DNA of 61,711 nucleotides, the filler included, from Choristocarpus tenellus KU-1152 (taxonomy: Eukaryota; Protista; Phaeophyceae), in NCBI GenBank assembly GCA_964200185.2. It is 12 parts of 12 records of this genome, joined end to end, with 100 filler letters (N's around TTAATTAATTAA, not from the genome) between each part and the next. Parts side by side here need not be neighbours in the genome. Positions count along the whole stretch, not along the records: positions 1 to 4,349 come from CAXNAD020014981.1; positions 4,450 to 14,579 come from CAXNAD020003135.1; 10 more parts are not named here. One strand, given 5' to 3'. The position numbers and the translations under genes are program-made. Positions 1-13,199 of this stretch are shown in pieces (positions within the stretch are counted from its first letter, which is position 1; each line of letters starts with the position of its first letter). A model generated the notes under the pieces. It was not told the DNA's origin. It worked only from the letters and a program-made list of their open reading frames with translations, and searched no databases.

Positions 1-59
1 CATCCCTGCTCCAACTACATATATTCCCTTTAATCCTGCCCCCCCCCCTTCAATTATAG

Positions 60-257
60 GATTATGTAAGGCAGTTTTCTCATCGAGCTGAAGGCGCTGC
101 TGCCCAAAAGAAGGCCTCATCCATGCCGTCGATGCTTGCAGAGGGGCAGGGGTCCATTCACAAGGGGGATGCTGCAATCAAAGGGAAAGAAACACTTAAC
201 CAAGGATTGGATATGCCGCCTGAAGTTCCTACAGAAGATCAGGAGCTGCAGGCAGGG
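60..257 (+). CDS. Candidate internal exon of an unknown protein (DYVRQFSHRAEGAAAQKK...DQELQA)
   Basis: Pyrimidine-rich tract and TAG acceptor before 60, an open 66-codon frame, and a GTGAC donor after. No family recognised. Confidence 0.35.
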
Positions 258-3206
258 TGACTGGCAACTGCCCTCTTTAGTATATAGTTCTGGTTTTCCA
301 GCGGTGGTGGGTGTTTGAAGAGGAGGTAGTGAAGTTGGCGCTTTTGGGCTGTAATTTGTTGGTACATGGCCTTGCTGGGACTGTTCACAGATGGATCTGT
401 TATTGTGCATGTTTGTGGGGTTGTTTGTGTGCCCCTGGTGACACGTTACAGTAGTTAATATTTACGAGATTGCCCCTATGCCAACAGTACTGTCTTCAAA
501 TACTTGAATTGAAGAACCTTGGATGTAATGAGTTGAAGAGTAGTCAGAACTCTGAAGAAAGCATTGCTGTACAGTTTTTTCAGTGCAGCACATGGTGTAG
601 ACACATATTCTCGAGGTGTAGTTATTGAGTTATCCATTTGAATATATAACGTAACATATTATGGTGTCCACGCACTTGATTTGTTTTTTCTTTGTGTTGA
701 GCTTCAGCCTGTGCAGTCACCGTGATTTGAAAATATTTTGCTGAGTGTTTTTGAAAGCTTTGTCCACAAAAGTTTGTGTTGGAGGGGAATCTTTGAATTT
801 GTTAATGTGGATTTGACCTCAAAGAGGCTCGTGCAGCGCACTGTGCCTTGAGTGAGTGTATATCATGGCCATGCAATAACTAATGCCATTAAAATATACA
901 CTATGTAAGTGTTACATCCTCAAGGCTCGCTCATGGCGAATTCTTCTTATGGACAGCATGACCTATGCTCCTGATGACTGGGTTCTGAAGTTTTTCCTAA
1001 AGAGTGACCTGGCTGTTGAGTACCTAAGTTTTTTTTTCTGCAGTGCCACTAACTCCAGTGTGGAACTTTCCGGTTCACATTATTCAAATGAACCAATCAT
1101 GGATGGCAGGCAGGGAAGTAGACACGGAAGTGATTAAGTCGGTGGAACAGTACACTGTTGAAGAAACCAATCAAGAAATGAAGTCCATACTATGTATGCT
1201 GTCAGTGGTATGTATGTATATTGGCAGTATACCTTGTACTGCCATACCAATCTGCCAATCCTCCCAATATCTTGCTGGCAAGAATCTCCGATTTGTCCTC
1301 AAAACCAGCACGCAACCATTTTCTGGCTATATTTAATCTCCTGACTTCAAGACAAATGAGGAGTGCTGTGAGAAATCCAATAGGTTGAAACGGCACTGGC
1401 CTCCTTTGATCTGGGAGAGTTCTTCCTCCCATGAATGATCCAGATTGATTGTGTTTTTCTTGTGTTCCTGCATATGGTGGAGAAAAGAGACCTGGACTTA
1501 CCCCTTTCCACGGAGTGAGGTGATTTCGACCTTGAATTTGCTTATCATATATTTGGCAAGTGTATCCTGACTGACATTAGGACAAGATAAAGACATTTCA
1601 AGGTCCTTAAGAACTTGAAGGATGACCTGAGGTTCAGGTTTTTTAAAAGTTGCGGAAAAAAACTATTCTGATAGATTTATTTTTCATTATTATTTGTACA
1701 AGAATGCCAAGTATGTTGCAAGGCCTCAATTTGTTTGCTGGTGGCGGACTTTTGGTTTAATGGTGGAATTGCTTGCTTGAGTAGTAAGTGCCATCGGTAT
1801 CATTGTACCATAGAATGGCAGTCCACCTGCTGGAGTAGTCGTTGGTTTTGAGTTGTGGAATGACAAACAGTGGTTTATTTGTTTGGTCATGGTATTAGTA
1901 CAGTGCTTGAATGGATACTGACCCCGGTTCCATGTCCCCAAAAGATGAATGCTGTAAGTGGGATGATGCTCAAAATTGTAGACTCATCAAAACAAATTTC
2001 ATGCATACAACACCCAATTGATATTGCGAATACACCTATCTGCTTATGCACAGACAGGCTGGGTGAGCAAATTTATTTGACCTAGTATTGTACACCAAAG
2101 TATACCTCGTATGCTTCTAGAGAGTATTGAGATGTTGGTACCTATCGTTTGACATGAAGTGGTGAATATCTGTAACTATTGCCATACCGCCCTTCTTCCA
2201 TCCTTTGTAGTTATTGGAAGAAATGGGAAAAGAATAAGAATCAGTTGAGGAGGACTGGTGGGCAAGAAGGTGCCTGTCAGATTGTTGGGATGCTCCCCTC
2301 TCTCCTTGCCAGTCTTCAGAGAGAGGGCTAAGCTAGGTTAGAAGCACAGCAGTGTACACATTACATAGTAGTCACCAACTTGTATGGGTCCATTGCTGTC
2401 TGGTCATTTTTTAAATAGAAATATTTTTTTGAGTGGTATCTTTTGGATTGACGACGGCTGTTCTTTTTCCAGTCCTTGTGATAATAGTTTCGTTTTTTTT
2501 TCCCTGGCACACCTGGAAAATGTCAGAGGGCATTGTAACACACAAAAACCAAGTTTTATTGTCGAACTATCTGTACTGTGGATTGTTGAACAGATCGTGC
2601 AGCTTATGGGATTTAGAATGTGATATTGAAGCCACCCAAACAGCGATCTTGAGAGTCGTTATAGTCGCACGTCAATATACGCGCACAAAACCGTAAACGG
2701 CCCTCCCACCCTCGTCAAGTGTTGTCCTTTTATATTTTTTTAATTTATGCTCTGCCCCTTTTCGCAATCACTGCTATAAGAGAGTATTAATGATATGTAC
2801 CCCACACCAGATTTTATTATATCATGCCCGCTGACATTTTACAAATGCTGTAATGAGGGAGGAACAACAAGCCTTAAGTACAAGGAGAACTCAATAGCCA
2901 AGTTCGTATTTTTTACTATTATCTTTTATTGATATGATTTTTGCATTATGCTGTGCGAGAAAAAGTTGTGATACAGGTGTATGTGCTGCTACTCTATATC
3001 GTAATACATTAGGCCTGTGGAAGTGGTTGAGAGTGGAAGTAATTGAGAGGTGAGCGGGATTGGTCCCTTTCGTAATTTAGTTAAGCCTAACCCTTCCGTT
3101 TGGCTAATCCCAGGAGTTGGTTCTGTGCATGGCACAATGATGATGGTTGAAAATGAGACCAGGAATTTTTTCTGTTATTACAAGTAGTGAGGCTCTGAGG
3201 AGTGTA

Positions 3207-3460
3207 GAGCCAAACCAATGGAGAGGTAGGCAGGTTCGAACCTTCTTGCATTCTAAGTCATGTTTCTTACCCTGTGCCATATAATCTATTTCATTTCTTT
3301 ATGAGCACAATAGTGTATGCAAAGTTGACATTCCCCGTTCGACCCGCAATGTTACATCACATATAAAGGCTCTCTACACAATTGTACAATATGGCTTCTT
3401 CTTGTCCTTTCTCAGAGTTCTTAACACGCAACCCTGCCTACCTCTCAATTGGTTTGGCTC
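3207..3460. mobile_element. MITE family E (254 bp) with ~28-bp TIRs
   Basis: Left end GAGCCAAACCAATGGAGAGGTAGGCAGG; right end CCTGCCTACCTCTCAATTGGTTTGGCTC. Flanks TGTA/TATA give a 4-bp TSD with 1 mismatch. Confidence 0.8.
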
Positions 3461-4349
3461 TATAATAGAAAAGCAGGGTATGAGGTTCCCTGTTTTTCAC
3501 TTTTCATAACTTAAGTTGTATTGAGCGATTACAACCTTGGACATTAGATATATTGATATACTCAATTATTAATTTATTGAAGTACGACATAGCAGCCTAT
3601 GTGTGATAAGAGCACGTAAATAATACAATTTATTCCACCGAATGAGAGATGAATCTGAGCTTTCAATATGTTAAGCCCGGGCCTTTACAGTTCTGAAAGC
3701 ACAGAGATTTGTTTCTTGAGGGTCAGGGTTCAGAGACTGACACCGACAGTGCCAGGTTTGCATCAAGTGTACTCTTGTTCACGACTGTTACCTGGTCAAA
3801 CAATTGCATGTACCAAACACTCCCCCAGCCGCATAGGATCACAAAATGTTCCATCCAACATGTGCCCAATCCAGGTCTCTTTGATGCTATCACCCGAAAC
3901 TTAATACTTGACTTTGTAAACGTTATTCCAAGAAGAGTGCTGCTTCGTTCACTCCGAAATTTCTTGATGTCGTTCCTTTCATCCTGTTTTCATGCCGCAG
4001 TCTCTTCTTGCACATTTTGCTGTACACCAAAAGGCTGAATGCAATCAGTTCCATCACTGACTTGTGAACAAGAAGTCTCATCGATGACAAGAGTTTGAGG
4101 GCATCATCACTATCATCACAGGTCTACTAAGAGTAGGTCCCAACAAGGGTTTGTCCTTTTAAAAGTAGGAAGAGGGTGATCTATGACCTTTTCTTTGGGG
4201 CTTATTGAATGCCACATGTTGATTGATCAAGATGCATGGCTCAAAGTATCTGGGGGGGGGGGGGGGGGGGGGGGTGGTTTTGTGGGGGTGGTTTTTTTTT
4301 TTTCTTATGTTTTTTTTTTGGTTTTTTGGTGAGGGGTGAGGGACAAGCG

Positions 4350-4449
4350 NNNNNNNNNNNNNNNNNNNNNNNNNNNNNNNNNNNNNNNNNNNNTTAATTA
4401 ATTAANNNNNNNNNNNNNNNNNNNNNNNNNNNNNNNNNNNNNNNNNNNN
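4350..4449. other. Artificial contig spacer (44N-TTAATTAATTAA-44N); identical spacers at 14580-14679, 17459-17558, 20351-20450, 24200-24299, 27295-27394, 37507-37606, 41184-41283, 49705-49804, 52667-52766, 55291-55390
   Basis: Eleven identical 100-bp blocks with a six-frame-stop core; a typical concatenation linker. Confidence 0.98.
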
Positions 4450-5021
4450 CCCCCCCCAGATACTTTGGCCCTTTTTGAAATGGTAGGTTACATATCGTTC
4501 AGATTTATTTGTAATACCAAATATAATAATAATACCAAGTAAAAATAATAATATCATAAAAAAATAATAATACCAAATATTGTGGATAGAATTTGTCCAA
4601 GAAATGTAGAACCGCTAATGTGCACCCACCAATCAATCAACAGCATACTTCAATGCCCGCAATGCAACGACAGAGAGCGCAGTGGCACTGTTTACCTACG
4701 GAACACTCCTCTAGGCTGTGGTAGCTGCCAAAAAAAAAAGTACTCTGAGAGTAAGAACTTGCCCAGGTTCCACTACTTCCGAAACAACAAAAAAAAAGGG
4801 CTGCCCGGAGGCTGGAATCCAGTTGATTCTTGACAAACAGAGAAACACACTCACTAGCATTAGTCCTTACCACAGGGGCAGGAAGAGGGGAGGGGGGGAA
4901 AGAGCACCATTCCTCTCAAGCTCTTCACAAAGGGCCATGACAACAACTATACTTTTCTGCCCTGGATTGACTTCCACTTATTCTACAACAGCTCATCCAT
5001 CCTTCCCACCATCACTTCAAT

Positions 5022-5058
5022 GGACCCAAAGTATTTGGGGGGGGGAATACTTTGAGTC
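5022..5058. mobile_element. Minimal TIR-only derivative of MITE family B
   Basis: GACCCAAAGTATTT-G9-AATACTTTGAGTC: the two family-B ends joined across one G run. Confidence 0.65.
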
Positions 5059-5578
5059 ATTCGGCGTTCATTTCAAAATACTGTATAAAATCTGCTATAT
5101 AAACAATCAGAACACTGGTTGATGTGACACGATACACAAGAACACACCCAACAACCAACAAATAATGGCAAGAGTAAAGAAAAAAAAGAAAGAAAGAAAA
5201 AACACTTAGCAACATCACGGATTGATTGATGGTGAAACGCCAAAATATACCATCCTGCCAAAGATCACCTCTGCCCTTATTTCTAAGGCAGGCCACAGTT
5301 TCTTTTCCAAGAATTTTCCGCTGGATGCACAAAAAGACGATTCGATTCCCCGCACACATGAACACCCTAAGAGAAAAAAAAAAGAAGTTTAGTTGACTCG
5401 TTGACTTCCATCCTCGCTGCGGGGCAACCTGCCCCTTTACCCTTCCAGACCCTCCAATACAAGGCAGCTTTGCAACAGCCAAGAAACCAGCTAGTCAACC
5501 AGCCAATCACATCAGAGGCATCCTGTTAGACATGGCTCAATCTGTTCGCTAGTAGTGCAAACTCAAAAAATTGAGTAA

Positions 5579-5646
5579 GGGGGGGGGGGGGGGGGGGGGG
5601 GGGGGGAGGGGGGGGAGGGGGGGGGGGGGGGGGGGGGGGGGGAGGA
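5579..5646. repeat. Long poly-G tract
   Basis: About 65 nt of G with three A interruptions. Confidence 0.9.
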
Positions 5647-6387
5647 AAAGGTGTATACGAACAATTGTTGTCTTACAGAGGGAGGAATGGGACATTCCTT
5701 TTCTAGACCTGATACTAACCGAGAACTTTGTTCTTATTTTGTACCCAAGCGTATTGCATGTTGTGTCAAAGAGTTAATATTAACTTATCGCACTTTTTCG
5801 TATTCTTTTTCGTATTCTTTTTCGTATTCTTTTTCAGGTTCATTTGAAAAAGAATGAAAGTTCGTTTTCAAGCAACCGGTAGTGCTTCAACGGGTGAGAG
5901 GCACAAGAAAAAAAAAAAGGAGTTCCACACCACAGCCAATCGTGTCTTTCTTTTTAATAATTAAAATATTTTTTTCGAACTTGGCTTGGGTGGGGTTTCA
6001 ATTGATGAGAGGCATGGAGGTTTTGACAAGACAGCAAGAAGAAGCGTTCCATGCCAAAGTCAATCATACCATGGTGGAGAGGGCATCCACCTCTATCTGA
6101 TGTTGTAGTGATGTAGAAGGACAGGAGAGTACATCTTGAAACCATTGCTCCAAGAAGTCTGATCCCCGAGAGGGAAACCTGTGGAACTTTGTTTCCCTAT
6201 TATTAACACACTTCTTCCAATGCATATGTTTGTACATAAAAGTATACTACTATCATGCTGCAGTTCAGGGAGAAGGAAACAAAAAGAAAAAAGTGACCCA
6301 CCGAACAACAAATTCAAAACCAGAAAAATCAATGACTAAATAATATTAAAAAGGACAGGTTTGGATTTTGTCCCCCCCCCCCAACAG

Positions 6388-6432
6388 CAGAGATCAATCC
6401 AACAGAGATCAATCCAACAGAGATCAATCCAA
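6388..6432. repeat. 15-bp tandem repeat x3 (AGAGATCAATCCAAC)
   Basis: Three exact copies read directly. Confidence 0.9.
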
Positions 6433-6999
6433 CTAAAGAGATTTCCTCAACTATGACAGTGGATATACAATGAAGAGCTGTGCCCTCTGTCTTCCGATTG
6501 ACAGATCACTACAAGAACATACCAGAGGGTGATCAACCCCTGCCTCCCACTGCCTATACATGCTAACCCAGTCGATCTATCCTGTGGGCCAGTGAGATGA
6601 ATGAAAAAAAATCAGATGCACGCCACCCGGGGTCATCGAGTACCTTTGCACATGAGATAAACTCTCATCACGAGGCCATATTGTATGTAACGGTGCACTC
6701 AAGCTTCTCAGGGCAGCTACCTAACCTTCAGCGGGTTAACTTCACCACTGTCGGTATTCCACTCGGGCTGATAGACAGTGCGATCATCCTACCCTTGATC
6801 TGGTTCGGTGAACTGCATGGAGTGACAAAAGGCAGGACACAAACGTGTCGTGTTGAAGAACCACTGTTTGACCTTGTACTTCTACGAGTCTTTTCCCCCT
6901 CCTCCTTAGAGAGTTGTTTCAATTCTGCACCACCACCTCTTCAACAGAGAAACTGGGACAGCTAGTCTTTGCAGTGGGGGTTTACCTTTGGATTCTTGC

Positions 7000-8600
7000 G
7001 GCAGTCCCCTACCCTCTGTCCCCCAGCTCCCCTTACCCACTCTTAATGTAGCATTGTCCCTCCTTTTGGTGCGTCAGTCACCAATAAGGGCAATAGCTCC
7101 AGTCAACAGCCTATTTAGTAGGGTGGGAGAGAGCATCCAGGAGGATGATAGCACCACCCAGGCCAATACTGCCTACGCAAATACAATGAGGGGGCAATGC
7201 CTACTCCTGCAAGTCCTTGGCCTGCTTATCAGGCCCACATAGGCAAAACAAGACGGCTCCGTTGTATTGAGGCAAGGGTATCAAGTCGCGGGGGTGCGAG
7301 GGGGGAGGAGAGGAGGAGGAGGGCACCAGTCCTACTCTCCTGCTATGCACGTAAAGATAGTATTTTCAAGGCAATCTATGCTCCTTCGAGGAACCAGTCC
7401 ATAGTTCGAACAAGTAGAACGAACAACATAGCAAAAAAAGAATCCTCTATTGCCCAGGTGGGGATAGATAGCATACACAATCGGTCTTTGACTCCTTGAC
7501 GCAGGGTGATATCAACAGCTTTACAGAGGCTACGGTCTTGCAATGACGAATTCTAGGCGATGCAATCTGGGGACTGTGCTAGCGCTTTTCTTCAGACACG
7601 TGCCTTCACTTCAACAAGTGTAGTGTGCGACATTTTGCATGTATTCTTCCGAGTCTCCAGGACAAATTTTCCCTCACAATGAAATTCGCTGTCTGCAGAT
7701 AGGTGCTCACTCAAGGCTGCGAAGTTTTGTAGTGTCTATGTTGCGTCAGGAGTTTCGATCTTGACCAGAGGGAATGGCCGATCTACGAGGACCTGACACG
7801 AGTAGAGGTGCCAGTGATGGGAGGACACAAAGCGGGATCTAATTCACCTTCGTGCTACTTGAAGGAAATTGCAATTGTCAAGCTGGGTGGGCACTCACGA
7901 GAGGCATGTAGACACAACGGTCGCTTCTGGAGGAACTGGCATCACCTCCTAGTCCATGGATGCCGATCTGCGAAGTGGAGCATACGCCCAGAAAACTCCA
8001 CCTATAAACAGAACAAGAGAATCACACTTAGAATGCAAAGGAAGTTCGCTCTCAAGTGCTTTCAGTCACTGCTTTCCTTCGGCACTTCTATGAGCACGGA
8101 ACACCAAGTCACGTAGGTAGAGAGTAACCTGTGGAACACTTCCGCCTTAAGTTAAGCCTAGACTACAGAAAATATAACACCCTCTCGCAGATTGGTCAGT
8201 CACGCTTACCACAACAGGAGGCCAAGAGGACTATCTTACCCACAAATCTGACGTAGGAAAGGATATCGACGTGTTGAGCCTCGAAGACGTTTTTTGAATG
8301 TTAGGAGTAGAAATACCCAAACGAAGGCGATGGAGATCTATATTTTTAAATACTAAACATGAAATACCCATCACCACAACTATAAATCCAAAGTCAAAAT
8401 GAGACGAGATATATCCAGTCCACCCAACGCCGCAAGTACAACAAACCATCATCAATTTCTGATCATAAACTCCAAAAGCTTGGCTGAATCTCGTCAGGAT
8501 GTGTTTGGAGTTGCCTTCCTCGTGGTTGATTTGGTGGTCTTTGGAGCAACACGGTTTCCTTACTCAAGTGACGATTTTTGAAAAGTATTTCAATTTTGTC
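7000..8600 (-). mobile_element. Highly degenerate Ty3/Gypsy pol remnant (RT, RNase H, integrase order)
   Basis: Minus-strand fragments: KNIDLHRLRLGISTPNIQKT (RT 'KIDL..HQLR...DI.KTAF'-like) near 8300; HEGEL (RNase H 'HERELL'-like) near 7850; YGLVPRRSIDCLENTIFT (integrase 'HGLP..IVSD...FT'-like) near 7390. Many stops and frameshifts; bounds approximate. Confidence 0.45.
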
Positions 8601-8649
8601 CAATAATGTGAAATCATCAGTTTGGATAGTCAAGGGAAGTCCTTAAGGT

Positions 8650-10290
8650 GGTAGAGATATCGACGCTAAAGATGAAAAGGTCCCTGATTTCCAGTTTAGA
8701 AGCATGTTGCAAAGAAAGGTCACATATCGGGCTTCTTGAGCACCCTAGATTGTTTCATATGTATCAGACAATGGGGGATGAAGGCATATTATGCCAAAAT
8801 CAAGGGTACCTTGGCGGAGGTGGTTGAGAAGAAACGGAAGTAGAAAAAGAACAAGGAGAGATGGGCAGCAAGGTCCATGTGAAGAGGAGGAGCTAAGAGT
8901 CATTGGCTAGCCCTGTTACTTTCTGTGGGTGGAGTGAACGCCAGGATTAGCACTTATCAGGTCAGCAGGCCTCGAGGACACGGTGTTTGCTGCGAATATA
9001 ATATATTGTGCTCACTCTCTCTAGCTGCGTTTGGCATAATGCCCCCCATTTGGATCGCATTTAGAGCATCGATGTACCTGCTCATCCACACTCCACCTGT
9101 GATTTTTAAAGATTGAATCCGAAGAAAGGGACAAGGACAGAATTTTCCTATCAGGGCACTGCGGTTTATGTTCAATCACTAGGGACCACGTTTCACAGAA
9201 TTGTAACCTATGCAACGAGTTGGGACTGAAGGTTGTAGGGACTCAAGATGCATTTGAAGCAGTGGGTAGGAGTCTGAAGAGAGTCATTGGTGGGGCACCA
9301 GAGCTGCAAGACGAAATCTGTTGGTCGGAAAACTTACCAAACACTGCCAAAACGGGTGCCGAGGATGTTCTAAGGCGATCGCTACAAATTTGTTGTGTAG
9401 TCCTTCTCACTGCTGCTAATACCCGTGGTCGTCACATCGATCTGTGAACCGAGTTGCCTCTTGATGAGGCACTTACTCATAACAACAGAGTACTTGTACG
9501 AGGAAAGGAAGGAGGACAGCAATAATTTTCCACAAGTGCCAGGGATGATATATCAGTTCTGGAACACAAAGTTTCACCTGTTGGAGGCGATTCTTCGAAG
9601 AACCATAAAAAGTAGCGGAGGCATAATCCGACCCCGAGCACTAGCTCATATACCCAAGGGGGTGTATAGAGGGGGCCAAAGGGAGTCAATAGCACTATAC
9701 CCGTCAAGCACAAGATAGACATGGGGTTCACCTGTTGCAGTCTCTCTTCCTTCTCCAAGTGTCAGAGCCAGCAGTGTGAGCAGTGCAAGATCAAGCATGT
9801 AGTTGACCCTTTCAAGCCCGACTCTGTCCAGTGCGTAGTTTCCACTGTGTCCATGGGTGTTCAGGTGGAAATGAAAAAGGACGACAATGATCTGTATCAC
9901 CGGATGCTTAGGGATGTACTACCGCATTGCTTGCTTTAGAGAACCCCTTTGCCATTAGGAGAGACTTTGCAAAGAAGATTCAAAGTGCAAGTACTGCACA
10001 AGATTAGAAGTACAAGGAGGAGCAACAAGCAGTGGGCTGATGAACCCAACACATGAGGCAGTGAAATTAGTCATAGTGCCACAGTTAGTTCATACTCTAG
10101 AGCAGTACGTAGTGCCTCTGGCAAGGGCTGGGTAGGGTTGAGTTAAGTTCCTAGTCCTACCTAAAGTGCAGATGATAGTAATGATCCTACACCCTTGGGC
10201 CTTTATGATCTGAATTCAGACTGAGGTGCTTGAGTTGAGGTCCAGCTACAATGTTACATTTAATCTGGAATATATTATAGCATGACATGG
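8650..10290 (+). mobile_element. Highly degenerate Ty3/Gypsy pol remnant
   Basis: IESEERDK (RT 'EDRDKTAF'-like) near 9115; QDAFEAVGRSLKRVIGGAPEL (RT-RNase H linker 'AFE.LK..L..AP.L') near 9245; YTQGGV..KGVNSTI (integrase 'YHPQ.NG..ER.N.TL'-like) near 9650. Bounds approximate. Confidence 0.45.
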
Positions 10291-10389
10291 AAACTCTGCC
10301 AGGCCGACTATGTTAAGCTCCATTCCCACCAACCGTAAGTTCGTACTGCACTGTCAAGTCCTGATGCCCTTGTGACAACTGGGTGTGGT

Positions 10390-10640
10390 GTGGCGATATC
10401 AAGATAACTGTACGGAAGCGGAGACTCTTGTTCATAGGGTTGGTTGCACACATGGGGGATGAGCAACTAACTACCAATCGTGTTGATGTATTTGGGGAAC
10501 TTGCAGCTGGAATGCGGAGGCAAGGTGAACAGGAGAACACACACAACTATGGGAATATCTGGAAGAAGATCTTGAGCAATTATTGGGGATCACATTCAAG
10601 GAGTAGCGTACAGTGGCAGAAATTACCCATGTGCTAACTG
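10390..10640 (+). mobile_element. RTE-clade LINE 3' ORF fragment
   Basis: IKITVRKRRLLFIGLVAHMGDEQL...VFGELAAGMRRQGEQE matches the RTE C-terminal pattern 'VRKRRLLFAG.VARM.D.RLP..VMFGEL..G.R..G.QE'. Confidence 0.7.
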
Positions 10641-10864
10641 TACTGTCCGTTGAATGTTGCTCTTCTCATTGATCTCTTTTCTTGGTTCTTTGTGTTACCT
10701 GAATTATGTGCTATCTTACAAGTAGTGCTGAGAAATATGAAGCGACCCTGAGACTTCCTCTCTTCTGTAAGGCCTATTGTAATGCCCACGGTACCACCTT
10801 TGAGCCCCGAGGTACATCATCCTACAATGGATTGTCATTTTTTTGGTCGCACACTTCTTTGGTC

Positions 10865-11123
10865 GAGTCCAAGTACCTTAGAGGGTAGGGCCGCGTCCAT
10901 TTGGGGACCCAATCCAATGTTGCGATTATGATGTAATTTTGGCCTTCGTGTTTGTTAGGAAGAGTCAATATCCATATTCTGGACACACCTTTTCATAACA
11001 TATGCATTTTTCCTACTCCAAAACATTTTGGAGTAGGAAAATGTCATTTTAAAAAAACATGGGAAGCCAAGCCCCAAACAAACAAACAGGGCAAAACTCA
11101 TACCCTCTAAGATGCTTTCACTC
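10865..11123 (+). mobile_element. MITE family A copy (~255 bp)
   Basis: TIR consensus GAGnnAAAGTATCTTAGAGGGTA...TACCCTCTAAGATACTTTnnCTC, internal palindrome CCTACTCCAAAA..TTTTGGAGTAGG. Nine alignable copies in the window. Confidence 0.85.
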
Positions 11124-11208
11124 ATCTTTTCTGTGAGCCTGAGCAGGACTCTTGTTCATTTTCCTTCCACATCTTCAGTCTGTTGAGCCTCCTGGATCTG
11201 TAATGGTT

Positions 11209-11469
11209 AACCCAAAGCATTTAAGAGAATAGGAGTTTTGCCCTGTTTGTCCGTTTGGGGCTTGGCTTCCCACAGGGGGGTTTTGTACCCTTTTTCGGCT
11301 TTTTGTGTGAACACAGTTACCTAAAATGTGTACGACTATGAAAGGTGTGTCCGGAGCGAGGATGCTGGACACTTGCTAACAAACACGATAGCCGTAATTC
11401 TTCAAAATTGCAACATTGGGTTTATGACCCCGAACAGACTCGGCCCTACCTTCTTAAATCCTTTGGGTC
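11209..11469 (-). mobile_element. MITE family A copy (diverged)
   Basis: Reverse-orientation match to the family A body (GTTTTGCCCTGTTTGTCC.TTTGGGGCTTGGCTTCCC...CAAACACGATAGCC). Confidence 0.8.
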
Positions 11470-12199
11470 GTTGAGATCTTTGCACTGCCCCAGACCTACC
11501 AGGAGAGGCGTCCTTGACGATGATCAGGGCAGACGATATAGATCTAGAGGACTTGACACACCTCCCCCCAGAGAAGCAAGGAGTCAGCGCAGTCACACGA
11601 TAAGACAATATCCCTCGGTGCACTAACCATGACGGAGCAAGCAGAGGGGCAAGCATGGGTAGCAAAGCCGATGAGCAATGCTGCCTGAGGAGTGCGCAGA
11701 GCTTGTTGTGTTATACCATGGGATAAACTTACGACAACAAGAGATTTTGGCAAGCCACCGCCGCAGGAGGTTGGCGTACCTACTACCCTTGTTATATCAT
11801 TGGACAGTTGCCACAACCCCCCCCAGATACTTTGAGCTTTCCCACCAACCAAATATATATTGGGAGACCGGTGGGGCAGTATGGCGTTACAAGGTATACT
11901 TCTAATATTGAACATATACTGATGGTGGAGGAGAAGGGAATTCTTTTGTTTTATATATTTTCTTATTATGCCCTCTGACATTTTGCAGATGTTTCAGGGG
12001 GGAAACCAATGAAAAAAATATATATATATATATATGTCGTCATTTTATATGGTAACATTGGAGTCAAAGGTAATGCACTTTACTGTAGGTATTTTCCCGT
12101 GCTGTCCTGGTTAGGCAGGTGGACCGTACAGCAGGTTCATTCCTGATGACAAGCAGAGCCCGTTGTCGAGGGAGGAGAGATCAAGGCCCAATGGCACCA

Positions 12200-12800
12200 A
12201 GCCACAGAGTGAACGAGAGGTACCAAGGTTTTGGCCGTATTTGCTAAATTTCAATTCTGTTTTTCTTTATCTATTGCTATTCACCCATATTTCTATAGAT
12301 AATTCTCGATCGATTGAGACGTTTACCGACACAATTCAGAAAATATCCTCTACACACTTGAAGAAAAAAAAACGATCTTTTTGTAGGCGTTTGCCAGGGA
12401 TCCTCAAGAAATCAACTCGATACTCTCTCGTTGTTGTTGATTCACCATCCTCAGCTATCTTCCTCGTCAGGCGTAGGTGCGCACCTTGAGTCAAAGTAAA
12501 CGAGGGGTACCCAGTTTTTTTCCGTTTTGCATTTAGAGCCAGTTTTTCTATCTTTCACGATTCACTCGAATTTCTGTGGAGGAAGTAAGTGCAAAGTTTG
12601 GCTTGAGAGGGTTTATTTGTCTATTGTTTGATAGTTTTGGGCATAGTTCTGAAAATATCCTACACACTTTTTTTTTTGTAAGTTGTGTTTTGCACATATT
12701 TGCCAGTCAGCTACCATTACCATCGTCGTATACTACCATCACAAACTGTTTGAAATATATATATTTTTTTAGGCAGAGCTAGCTCTCTGTTGTACTTGTA
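12200..12800. mobile_element. Two adjacent diverged MITE family D copies (second starts 12488 GAGTCAAAGTAAACGAGGGGTACC)
   Basis: End and body similarity to 17060-17344 and 39931-40179; outer bounds approximate. Confidence 0.6.
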
Positions 12801-12916
12801 GTGCTTGCAAGGTATCATTCCTGTACATTTCGCTATCATCAGCTGATCCTCCCCCAGATATACGGATTCATGTTGGTGCACTGCATTATTATTATTGCTA
12901 TTATTATTATTATTAC

Positions 12917-13063
12917 CGATTTGTCACTGACTGCCATGCTGCATGATGGATGATGACGGAGAATGGTTAGGCGGCTGTCTGTTTGGGATTCTAATTCTTC
13001 CAGCCAGCCTCCAGCTAATGATCCAGAAAACTCCCGATTTCCACCCAGGAAATCTGAGGTTGG
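12917..13063 (-). CDS. Candidate internal exon of an unknown protein (PTSDFLGGNREFSGSLAGGWLEELES...SDKS)
   Basis: CAG acceptor, 49 open codons, GTAATA donor. No family recognised. Confidence 0.3.
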
Positions 13064-13199
13064 CTGAGCAGTATGACGGATAAAATTTATACTTCGTATA
13101 TATATGATATTTACTGCTAAGGGTATGTACCATCTAACAGTAAGGTTAATACAATTCTGCATGAAGTTATTTCCCGCACCGTTGACTAAACCACAACCC

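Noticed and set aside
2100-2330. Additional RTE LINE fragment
   Set aside because: Too degenerate to support beyond a guess.
3700-4100. Possible Copia gag remnant on the minus strand
   Set aside because: Only vague resemblance, with no diagnostic motif.
4394-4405. Recurrent TTAATTAATTAA palindrome between N runs as a biological repeat
   Set aside because: Identical 100-bp construct at every gap; an artificial six-frame-stop linker.
4640-5482. Minus-strand candidate exons at ~5250-5365 and ~4695-4825
   Set aside because: Splice-like bounds but ambiguous frame and no recognisable protein.
5990-6290. Possible Tc1/IS630-type transposase fragment
   Set aside because: Catalytic motifs not recoverable across stops and frameshifts.
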